From Chiloscyllium plagiosum (Eukaryota), in the NCBI RefSeq assembly GCF_004010195.1, contig NC_057718.1, positions 10,134,044-10,198,043 of the forward strand: DNA of 64,000 nt. Reading direction: 5' to 3'. The translations under genes and the position numbers were made by a program. Positions 39,501 through 51,500 of the stretch are shown piece after piece (position 1 is the stretch's first letter; every line of letters begins with the position of its first letter). The notes under the pieces are model-generated. The model was given only the letters and a program-made list of their open reading frames with translations. It did not search any database and was not told the DNA's origin.

Positions 39501-42500
39501 TACTAATATTATTAATTAACTGTTCCAATCCAGTAACATCCCATAAACACACCCTTTGGCAAAAAGGCAAGGTCAGACACAGTTTCTCACATGTAACGCT
39601 CATAGTAGGAAGAGAAACCCCAGCTTCTAGTTGTAACCAAGACAGGGGAAAATAGCTTTAACTTGTTCAAACCTCCAGCAACTCCTGCTGAATCTGAAAG
39701 CTAAAAAAACAACTAGAAATCCTGGTCTGAGAGAGCTGGCCACACTCATCCAGAGTGCTTCTATTGTTCCAACTTTAAAGAACTCCCCTCACCCTCAACA
39801 AGGCCTCACAAGCTGTTTACATCACCACAGACTGCTCAATACTTCTCATTCAATCTTAAAAGAAACTAGGACAAAATATAACTCTCAAGGCCATAGCATC
39901 GTCACAACTTATACATGTGATTGGCTATTACTTGAGTATATATGTTACTTTAGGTAATACCATAAGGAATTAGTATTGGATGTGAGAGTGACCAACCAGC
40001 AGTGTCACCCAGAAAATAAGCAAATCACAAACCAAACAGGCAATGTCCACATACCTAGTGCACAGCTGAGCCTGGCTGCTTTCCGGAGACCATCCAGGCT
40101 CATGCAGATGGCATCCCTCTCCTTCAGGTTCTGCTCTTTAATGCCCTCTGTGCCCAGTATGAATGCCAGTCCCTTGGAACTGCCAGCCACCCGACCAGTC
40201 AGGGGAGTAGAGAGAGTGTCAATCAAGTTCTTCCAGCAGCCAATCAGAATGAACCGTGCGAAACACATTCCTGGTGTAGCAAAGTACAAGAAATAAAAAC
40301 AGCCATTTCAGAGCGGCCAGAGCATGCCCCACAAATTCCTTATAACTGTGGACATGAGACTAAATTACTCGATGAAGGCTTATCACTGACCTAAGCCTTT
40401 AGTCCAATTTCTCTCCCCACAGACCTCTGATCATTTCTGCCATTTTTGGATTTTGATTTAGATTTAAAATACCTGCTGTATTTTGCAGTTGTCTTGTCCT
40501 TTCTTGCATTTAACCTGCTGCCGACTGAAACCACCCCATCCTGTCCCAAGACCTCACATAAAACAGAAAATATCTGTAGCACGGAGTACTTTTATGTAAG
40601 GGCTTCAGGATCCTGGAGCAACCTTGCAATGATGTCACAGATTGGCACATCACTGAGTATAAATAGCACAGTATGGGCAGTGTTATAATGTGCTGGAATG
40701 GAGGAGAATGTTGAGAGGTCATAGAGACATAGAGAAGACAGTAGTTTAGTACATAGCTCATGTGTTTCAGCCTGGTATATCTACAGTGACTGTGCACAGC
40801 AGTATGTGGTATTAATGTATAGTAAATAGTGTTACTTTACAGTCTAAGCTCAAAGTCAGTTCTTGACTTTTCCTTCTTCACAACCAGTCTGCCTTGAAGC
40901 CAATCGCATAATGTGGCATCAAACCACATGATAAAAGAGGACCACTTACTCCATCATGGATCCGCTGGCTAAAAGAATCGCTAACCAACCTCATGGGAGT
41001 TAGTTTATAGATTGCCCAGGTTGTACTGAGTGATGGAACTGGCTCTATGGTCTGTAGCTTTGGGGGTAATAGAGGGAGAGTGGAATGAGGAGCAAACTGT
41101 ACTGGCAGCAAAGTGGGATACAGGACTAATGCCTCAACTACAGGATGGTCTCATGAAATTACCCGACACCCTGTCCACAACACCACAGGGTGTGCTTAGG
41201 AGGGTTATGGTAATGTTATTGAACTAGTAATCCAGAACACAGCAGAGAGGGTTCAGAGGAGATTTAATAAAGGTGATCAATAGTTTGGTACAGTAACTAG
41301 AGAGAAATTGTTTCTAAAGACAGATGAGTGAACAATAAGGGGAACACAGGATCAATCCTAACGTGTCAACTTAAACTCAATTAATAAATCTAGAATATAA
41401 AGCAGATGTTGGTAAAAACGGCTGTGAAATTAACATTAGGAAGAGATACAGGAAATGCTGGTCATACTGTGCTGTGTTACACAGTCACAGCTGATCAAAC
41501 ACTTTGGTGTCTCTTACCCACACTATCCCCAGAACCCTGATAATCAAATATTTATCAACCTCTTGTTTATAAAACCTCAAAGACTGACCTTCCACAGTCC
41601 TCTGATGTACAGAATTCCAAAGATACACAACCCTCTGAGTAAAAATATTTCTCATCTTGGTCCTAAATGTTTTTAGACCCCACAACTAGGGGAACCAACT
41701 CACCTGCATCTATCATGTCTATTCCTTGAAGTATTCTGTTAAGTTTCAATGAAATCGCCTCTCATCCTTCAAAATTCTAGACAATACAGGCCTAATTTGC
41801 CCAATTTCTCTCCATGGAACATGCTTGCCATCTGGTAACGAACCTGATAAACGTTGATACTCATGAAGCCCCATCTGATTCACTAATGTTCCTTTCAGGA
41901 GGTAAACCGGCCTCTTTACCTTGCACATGCCTCTAGACACACAGCAATGTGGTTGACTCTTAACTGCCCTCTGAAACAGTTTAACAAGCCAGTTCAAGGG
42001 CAAATAAGGCTGGCAACAAATGCTGACCTTTGCAGCCATGCCAACATTAGGGAACAAAGAGTGAACAGAAAAAAAAATATAAAACTCACTGCAATAATAC
42101 AATTCTCCTCAACTTTCCTCTTTTCTCTTGAAATTGCCACAAATATACTTCACCCATCTGTCACTAGAAATAGTTTCTCTCCAGCTACTGTAACAAACTA
42201 TTGAGCACCTTTATTAAATCTCTTCTGACCCTTCTGTGCTGTAAAGGCAACAGACGCAGATTCTCCATTGTGGTCTTTTAAGTGAGGTTTTGACAAACCC
42301 AAACTCTCAGTGGTAACTCGAATCTAGTACTTTCCCTGTCTGAATGGCTCCACAGCATAAATTGGGAAGCTCTACCTGCAATCCCATGAGGAGCTAGAAA
42401 GTGAACTGGTTCTTCAGTGTAATGTGGCAAGATAGAGAAAGAGAGGTGATCTTACTGAAACACGCGAGATCCAAAAGTCTTGGCTGATGAAAGGATATAG

Positions 42501-45500
42501 GAGAGACTGGAACTTGGGGACACAGTTGAAAAATCAGGAGCCTCCCACTTGAGATTAATGTAAGGAAAGTTAATTTTCTCTCAGAGGATCTGTAAACTGT
42601 GGAAACCTCTTCCCCCGAGACAAGTGAACACTGAGTCATTGACTCAATTCAAGCCTGGGTTAGAGGGATTGAAGGGTTACTGTGAGACAAGCAGGAAAGT
42701 GGTGTTGAGGTCACAATCAGATCAGCTATCAGCTTCTTTCATGTTGGAGCAGGCTCCAAGGCTCAGTGGCCTAATCCTTCTCCTAATGTTTAAGTCTTGG
42801 GTGCTAGACCATTGCAGTTATTGGACTGGGGCCTGGTGCAGGCAGTCAGACCATTTGATCACTGAACTACTGTAATGTACTGTCTATTTTTTGATGAGAT
42901 GTTTGCTTCCTGTATGGATGAGGAAAAGGGCTGTGGACAGGATGAGCCAGCTGACCCACGGCACCATGGTGCAGAAGGCTATTCAAGAGGGGGGAGCAAA
43001 AAAACAAGTAGTTGTTATCGGGGATTCTATAATTAGGGGGAACAGATAGTATCCTTTGTAAGCCGGATCAGGAGTCCCACATGGTGTGTTGCCTACCCGG
43101 TGCCAGGGTGCAGGACATCTCCGACCGGCTTGAAAGGATATTGGAGAGAGGGAGAAGATCCAGTTGTTGTGGTCCATGTTGGAACTAACAACATAGGCAA
43201 GGCTAGGAAGGAGGAGCTGTTTGAGGAGTATCAAGCACTAGGAAGGAAGTTGAAGAACAGGTCCTCAAGAGTCATAATCTCTGGATTACTGCCCAAACCA
43301 CGTGCTAATTGGCATAGGGATAAGAAAATTAGGGAAATAAACACGCGCTAAGAGATTGGTGTGGGGTAGGGGGATTCCATTTCATGGGACATTGGCATTA
43401 GTTTAGGAACCAGGGCGATCTGTACCGATGGGACGGTCTCCAGCTGAACCGATCTGGAACCAGTGTTCTGGCGAAAAGGATAAATAGGATGGTCACTAGG
43501 ACTTTAAACTTGTGAGTCGGTGGGGGGGGATGGGAAAGGGAAAGCCACAGGGAGTATGGAGTCAAGTAAAAAGATAAGCACAGTTTAGTATGTGTGCAGA
43601 GTTTAAGTTCAAGGCAGACTAGGAATGAAGCAAAAAGGAAGGATAGCTTAGGACAGATTACTAGAGATGTTGGAAATCATGAGGATAAGAAAATCAGCAT
43701 TAAAGCGCTTTACCTGAATGCTCGTAGTATTCGTAACAAAGTAGATTAATTAATGGTACAAATCATCGTGAATGATTATGATGTGGTAGGCATCATAGAG
43801 ATGTGCTTGCAGGGGGTTCAGGACTGGCAGTTAAACATCCAAGGAATTACAATTTATTGAAAAGACAAGGAGGTGGGCAGAGGTTGCCTTGTTAGTTAAA
43901 AATGAAATTAAATCTATGGCACTGAATGACATAGAGTCAGATGATGTGGAATCTGCGTGGGTGGAATTGAGGAAGTACAAAGGCAAAAAAAAACATAATG
44001 GGAGTTATGTACTGACCTCCTAAGAGTGGTCAGAACCAGGGGCGAAAGATATACCACGAAATAGATAGGGCATGTCAGAAAGGCAAGGTCACGGTGATCA
44101 TGGGGGACTTCAATAAGCAAATGGACGGGGTGAATAATGTTGCTGGTAGATCCAAAGAAAGGGAATTCAGGGAGCAGGCTATTCTGGACTTAGTGCTATG
44201 GAATAAGCCAAACTTTATAAAAGATCTTAAAGTAAGGGAACACTTCGTAGGCAGCAATCATAATATGGTAGAGTTCAGTCTGCAGTTTGAAAGAGGGAAG
44301 GAAAAATTGGATGTAATAGTGTTACAGTTAAATAAAGGTAATTATAGGGGCATGAGAGAAGAACTGACAAAACTCGACTGGAAGTAGAGTCGAGAGGGGA
44401 AGACAGTAGAGCAACAATGGCAGGAGTTTCTGGGTGTAATTGAGGACACAGTACAGAGGTTCATTCCAAAGAAAAGAAAGATTATCCAAGGAGGGGTTAG
44501 ACTGCCATAGCTGACAAAGGAAGTCAGGAAGGATGCTGCCTCACCTGCTGTGCTTTTCCAGCACCACTCTAATTTAGATTCTGGTTTCCAGCATCTGCAG
44601 TTCTTACTTTTGCCTAGAAAAAGAGAGAGCCTATAAAGTGGCCAAGAGAACTGGGAAATCAGAAGATTGGGAAGACAACAAAAACAAACAGAACAACAAA
44701 GAAAGAAATAAGGATAGAGAGGATCAAATATGAAGGTAGGCTAGCCAGTAATATTAAGAAAAAGAGAGAGCCTATAAAGTGGCCAAGAGCACTGGGAAAT
44801 CAGAAGATTGGGAAGACTACAAAAACAAACAGAACAACAAAGAGAGAAATAAGGATAGAGAGGATCAAATATGAAGGTAGGCTAGCCAGTAATATTAGAA
44901 ATGACAGTAAAAGTTTCTTTCAATACATAAGAAACAAACGCGAGGCAAAAGTAGACATTAGGCTGTTCCAAATTGATGCAGAAAAGCTGGTGATCGGAGA
45001 TAAGAAAATAGCTGAAGAACTTAATAAGTACTTTGTGTCAGTCTTCACAGTGGAAGACAGGAGTAATATCCCAACAATTAAGGAGAGTCAGGGGGCAGAG
45101 TTGAGTATGGTAGCCGTTACAAAAGAGAAAGTGTTAGAAAAGCTAAAAGGTCAAAAAATTGATAAATCCCCAGGCCCCAATGGGCTACATCCTAGAGTTC
45201 TGAGGGAGGTGGCTGTGAAAATAGTGGAAGCGTTGGTTGTGATCTTTCAAAAACCACTGGAATCAGGGAAAGTTCCAGATGATTGGAAAATCGGCTGTTG
45301 TAACCACATTGTTCAAGAAAGGATCAAGACAAAAGATGGAAAATTATAGGCCGATTAGCCTAACCTCGGTTGTAGGTAAAATTCTACAATCCATCTTTAA
45401 GGATGAGATTTCTAAATTCTTGGAAGTGCAGGTTCAGATTAAAACAAGTAAGCATGGATTTAGTAAGTGGAGGTCGTGCCTGACGCAGCTGTTAGAATTC

Positions 45501-48500
45501 TTTGAAGAGGTAACAGGGAAACCCAGTGGATGGTATCTATCTAGACTTCCAAAAGGCCTTTGATAAGGTGCCTCACGGGAGGCTGCTGAGTAATGTGAGT
45601 GCCCATGGTGTTCGAGGTGAGCTACTGGCATGGATTGAGGATTGGATGTCTGACAGAAGGCAGAGAGTTGGGATAAAATGTTCTTTTTTGGAATGGCAGC
45701 TAGTGACAAGTGGTGTCCCGCAGGGTTCAGCGATGGGGCTGTTCACTTTATGTAATAACGATCTGGATGAATAGACTGGGGGCATTCTGGCAAAGTTTGC
45801 TGATGATTCAAAGTTAGGTGGACAGGCAGGTAGTTCTGAGGATGTGGGGAGGCTGCAGAAAGATTTAGACAGTTTAGGAAAGTGGTCCAGGAAATGGCTG
45901 AAGAAATTCAATGAGCAAGTGTGAGGTCTTGCACTTTGGAAAAAAGAATACAGGCATGGACTATTTTCTAAATGGTGAGAAAGTTCATAAAGCCAAAGTA
46001 CAAAGGGATCTGGGAATGCTAGTCCAGGATTCTCTAAAGGTTTACTTGCAGGTTGAGTCCGTGATTAAGAAAGGAAAGGTAATGTTGTCATTTATCTCAA
46101 GAGGGTTAGAATATAAAAGCAGCAATGTGCTACTGAGACTTTATAAAGCTCTAGTTAGGCCCCATTTAGAATACTGTTGCCAATTTTGGGCCCCACACCT
46201 CAGGAAGGACATATTGGCACTGGAGTGTGTCCAGCGGAGATTCACACGGATGATCCCTGGAATGGTAGGCCTAACATACAATGAATGGCTGAGGATCCTG
46301 AGGATTGTATTCATTAGAGTTGAGAAGGTTGAGGGGAGATCCTCTAGAAACTTACAAGATATTGCATGGCTTAGAAAGGGTGGATGCTGGAAAGTTGTTT
46401 CCGTTAGGCGGGAGACTAGGACCTGTGGGCACAGCCTTAGAATTAGTGAGGGTCAATTTAGAATGGAAATGAGGAGACATTTCTTCAGCCAGAGAGAGGT
46501 GGGCATGTGGAATTCATTGCCACAGAGCGCAGTGGAGGTTGGGACGTTAAGTGTCTTCAAGGCAGAGATTGATAAATTCTTGACCTCGCAAGGAATTAAG
46601 GGATACAAGGAGAGTGTGGGTAAGTGGCATTGAAATGCCCATCAGCCGATGGGCCGAATAGCCTTACTTCCACTCCTATGTCTTATGGTCTTATTTGAAA
46701 TTCTTTACCAGACTGTAACGGCAATCTTTTAACTAATTTGTAACTTTCTTATTTCTAACTTATTTTTTAGACACTCTAAGTAATGCTACTACTTTTCCTT
46801 TTATTCCTCTTTGGATCCAAGATTTGTACCGAGGTATTTGTATCTAAGATGGTGCGATTACAGGCCAAGTAGAAAAGGCACCTCTCCTGCTCCTTAGACG
46901 CCAGTTTCCCAATCCTCCCGCCACCCCTTGCCAGAAGCAGCTTGGCACCGCCCGCTGATCTACCTGTCCATCTTCCTTCCCAACTATCCACTCCACCCTT
47001 CCCACCAACCTATCAAAATCATCTCCTACCTGCATCCACCTGTTGCATCGTAGCTACTTTTCCCCTAACCCCTTCCCCCTAATTACTTCACAGACTCCTT
47101 CCTCCTCCCCAGTCCTGATGAAGGGCCCTGCCCAAAATGTTGACTCTCCTGCTCCTCAGATGTTACCTGACCTGCTGTGCTTTTCCACTCTTTTCTCTTC
47201 TGTGAATTCTATCTACTCTGACTCTCCAGCACCTGTCGTCTGCACTATCTCCTAGTTGCCATTAAGGGCAGGCATTGTAAGGGTTTTAACTGTACTCTTG
47301 CACTGGAGTGCACATGACAACAAAAAGGATATTCTATGACAATTTTCTGTTACCTGCAGTCACGGAATCAGGTGTGTTCTTTTCCTGGGCGAGAGGAGAT
47401 TGTTCTGACGCTGTACTGACCATTTGCCCTCCTACTGCACTGCTTCCCAGGCCATCCATATCTGCAAATAAAACACAGCACAGCATTTCTTTAGCACGTT
47501 TAGTGCAGAGCTCCCACTGACACCATCATGTCTGCCAATCAATTGGAGACTGGGGTGCAAGGATTCATGTAGAACATTCCATTTTGCAGCAAAAAAAAAG
47601 CCTTTATACTCAGCAGGCAGTCTTTTTAAACAGCACACAGCAGCAAACAGTCTACAATCTATGTCAAAATTACACTACAGCAGTCTACAGAATCTAATTA
47701 AGCATTATACCACACCCAGCCTACAGAGTCCATTAAAATACTGTAGTACACTAAACAGTCCACAGAATCTATTTAAACGTTACATTACAACAAGCAGTCT
47801 GTAGGATTTATTTAAAGTAGTACAGTGTAGCCAACAGTCTATAGGATCATTTTAAGCTTTATACAGCCCCAGAATCTACTTCAATACAGCACGAGAACAG
47901 ACTACAGAATTTATTTAAACAGCACATAACCGTAATCCACAGAATTTACTTAAACAATCTAGACTGCAGTCTATTGATTCTATTTGTACCATACACAACA
48001 TCAAACAGGCTGCAGCATCTCTCAGCTACACTTGTTATATTGACTAAAATGAGAGCAATGCCTCCTGATAAAAGCAGGCAGATTTCTAAAGCAAAGGGCA
48101 TGAAGTGAAGATAATTATACTGTACAGGTATAAAGTGAATTCCAGCAGTGCAGGCTCCAGGTATGAAGTGTGACATGTTTATTGAGGTCTTCAGATCTTG
48201 TGCAAAACAGCAAAAGGGGTGGCATGCAAGGAGGTGAAAGAACAGCAAGTGAAGTGTGAGGGGGGCTGGGTAGGGGATAGAGAATGAGGTGGAAAAAGTG
48301 GGGTTCTGAGGTGGGGCAAGTAAATAGATGGAGACCATGATGGTGACATTGCACATATACCTATGGATAAAGTGAGTGCCACGTTCCTGTATCTGGTGCA
48401 CAACAATGATGTGTGTGGCACCAATGTTCTGTTCCAGTGTGAAGGGAGGAGGTACAGTGAAATTACAGCAGGAATATCCTACGTAAACAGAACCAGCCAT

Positions 48501-51500
48501 TAGATGGAACTGTATCCTGTACTACCGTCTCGTCTGAAACAGCAGTGCAGGGCACAGCAGATTATTGCTTTGTTTTTATATTGCAGAAGCCTTTTTTTTT
48601 CAAACTACTCCTGTATATAGCAATAATATGCATTTCTTCATTCTTTTAACATCGCAAATCATCCCAAAATGCTTCCTTCTCAGGGGAAATGAGCAACCAG
48701 AACTTGACATGGAGTAACATAAGGAGATACTGGAAGAGGTGGCCAAAAAGCTGGTGAAAAGTGGGAAGTTTGAAGGAGCATTGTTAAGAGAGGAGGAGGT
48801 AGAGAGGTGGAGAGATTTAGAGAAGGAATTCGAGGATACAATACATGGGTGGTTGAAAGCACATCCACCAACAGGACAAGCAATAAGTAGCAGGGAAACA
48901 GAACTTGCCCATCTGCCCTCCATCATATATTTAGGTGAAGACTCTTTCTTTGTCTTGTTCCATGAAGCTAAGAACGATTGATGGGCAACTCACCAGTTAA
49001 CATAGTGACGAAAGGCAGACCGTGCTCCTCTGCCGTTCCCCAGTACCCAGCTTCTCCCAGCAGGTTCCGGTCAAGCACCTGATGGTAAAGTTCTTCGATC
49101 CAGGCCTGTGAGAGCACCATCAGAACTCGACTGCTCTGCACCTGCCTCACAAACTCCTTCTGCAGAAACACAATGCAGCTCCTCAAAGCCACTGCACAAT
49201 CAGGTTGAGCAACAATGATTATTAATTCCAACCCCTTGATGCATGGCACTTTAAATAAATGGCAGCTGAGAGGGGTCTGCACACAGAGGCTCAGCACATT
49301 CTCTCGAGAGGAATGACTTTAGTGGAGACTTTTAATTGGAGTTTGTGCTATTTGTAGTTAGAAGGAAGCCGACACTTCTCTCTTAGAGCAGGACACTGGA
49401 ACAACCAACAACCACAATAGGATCCAAGATGTAGTTTAATGCTTAATAGCAATTGCGTCCATGTTTCAACAGTTTGTCAGACATCATTACTAAGACTACT
49501 GGGAGACACAGATAATGTGGGTAGGAGCAAGGGGAACTAGGGGGTTGGCAGTTAACATAGCCTATTATTAGACACCCAATTGGAATTTACCCAAAGGCCA
49601 ATTTGAGGAGACTCCCTGTCGGTTAACTGTGTATTCATAGGGTTATTGTCACAGAAGTTTGCCCAGTAGGTTAGAGATCACAAAACACAGCTCAAAGTGA
49701 AATTGACAAATAGCTTATTGCATTCGATATCGCTGGAGGAGAAAACAGACTAGCTGACACAGAACTGGTAGTCTGCACAAAGAATTTGATTTCTCCTCCC
49801 AGAATTGAGGATGAGACCAGTTTTATAGTAATGCTGCACAATGACACTGATTAAGAAATGGGAAAATACAATGTTTCTGAAAATGGAGTAATTTAGTTGC
49901 AAGAGTGCTAATTGGAAAACAGTTTATCGGATGAATGTCCTGTTCCTTCACACAATGCAACATCCTGACAGTATCATGGTTCCTTTCATCTTCACAGGTA
50001 AGTATTAAAGTCTTTTCTGGAGTGGTGAGGTGCTTCCATTGTCCTGTGGTGCCTGTCTGTCCGTCCTGCTCTTTGTGTGGCTTTGCTGTTGCTGGGCTGT
50101 GAAACTGCTCTTAGGGCTTTGAGATCTCTTGTCATGTCCATGGAAGCTTAAAGTGTATTCCATTGTCTGCGGGCTGTGTGACCCAGTTCGTGAGCTGCTC
50201 GGGAATTCTGGGTGTCCTGGTACAATTTGGCCAATTTGCTTTTGTGGGCCTATCGTGGGTTAGCAAATCTTTTCCTACAGTTATACAGCACAGAAACGGA
50301 CCCTTCGGTCCAATCAGTCCATGCTGAACATAGTTCCAAACTAAAGATGCACTGCAGCAATTCACCAAAGATCCTTAGACAGCATTTTCCACAACCACCA
50401 CCTGAATGTCAAGGTTAGCAGCTACATGGGAACACCACCCCCTGCAAGTTTTCCTCCATGCCACTCACCACCATCCTGACTTGGAAATATATCACGGTTC
50501 CTTCACTGTCGCTGGGTCAAAATGCTGGAATGCCTAATGGCATTGTGGGTCTATATACGGCAGCTGAACTGCAGCAGCTCAAGAAGGCAGCTCACCACCA
50601 CTTTCTCGAGGGCACCTAAGGGTCTGATATTAAACGCTGGGCTGACCAGCGATGCCCACATTCCATGAGCACAAAATAACCAGCCCACATCCCATTAGAC
50701 CCTGAAGCCAAGAGGGAAACCCTCCTATCTGGGGTGCTGTTTAATCCAAGGACCAAGTGCTTACCAGTGATGCAGGGACAGGTGCCGGTTTTTTCCGATA
50801 GTAATCACAGGCGATCAGCTTGAGATTGAGTGACAGCGCGTGGAAAGCCACCAGGTACAATCCGTCGGCATTCATCAGAGTCTGGCAGCAGGGTCCCTCA
50901 CTGCTGTCAATGCCTGGAGAATGTAACAGCTCTAGAACAGACATAGACACACACAAGGCTGTCACCACAGTGGCTACTGAGCAATGGCAAGAGACTCGCA
51001 ATCAATGTTACCATCACGAAATAAAATGGGGAAACCATTCCCTCTTTGGAGTGGCTCAGGGCAAGGGAAGGGGATTGGAGGGGCTCAGGGCAAGGGAAGG
51101 GGATTGGAGGATGTTCTGCTGATCTTGCACGGTTCACTATAACACTTGAGTGTACTGCCTGTCAGATGCTGTACCTCAAAAGGTGCATAATTCCCCCTCT
51201 AACATTTCCATTAGAAAGCCAGAACTTGCATTTATATAGCTACCTATGTTTTTTCCCAAGATGCTTTGCAGTCACTTTTGTGGTGAGGTCACTGCTGTCA
51301 TGCAGCCAAGATGGCAATCAATGCATACACAGCAAGATCCTACCACAGCACCGAGATAATGACCAGATCATCTGCTGATGTTGACTGAGGGATGAATATT
51401 GACTAGGGTGCTAGGGAGAACTCTCTCATTCATCTTTAAAATAATACCAGGGGGCTTTCACCTCCACCTGAAAGAGCAGATATGCCTCGGTTTAATGTCT

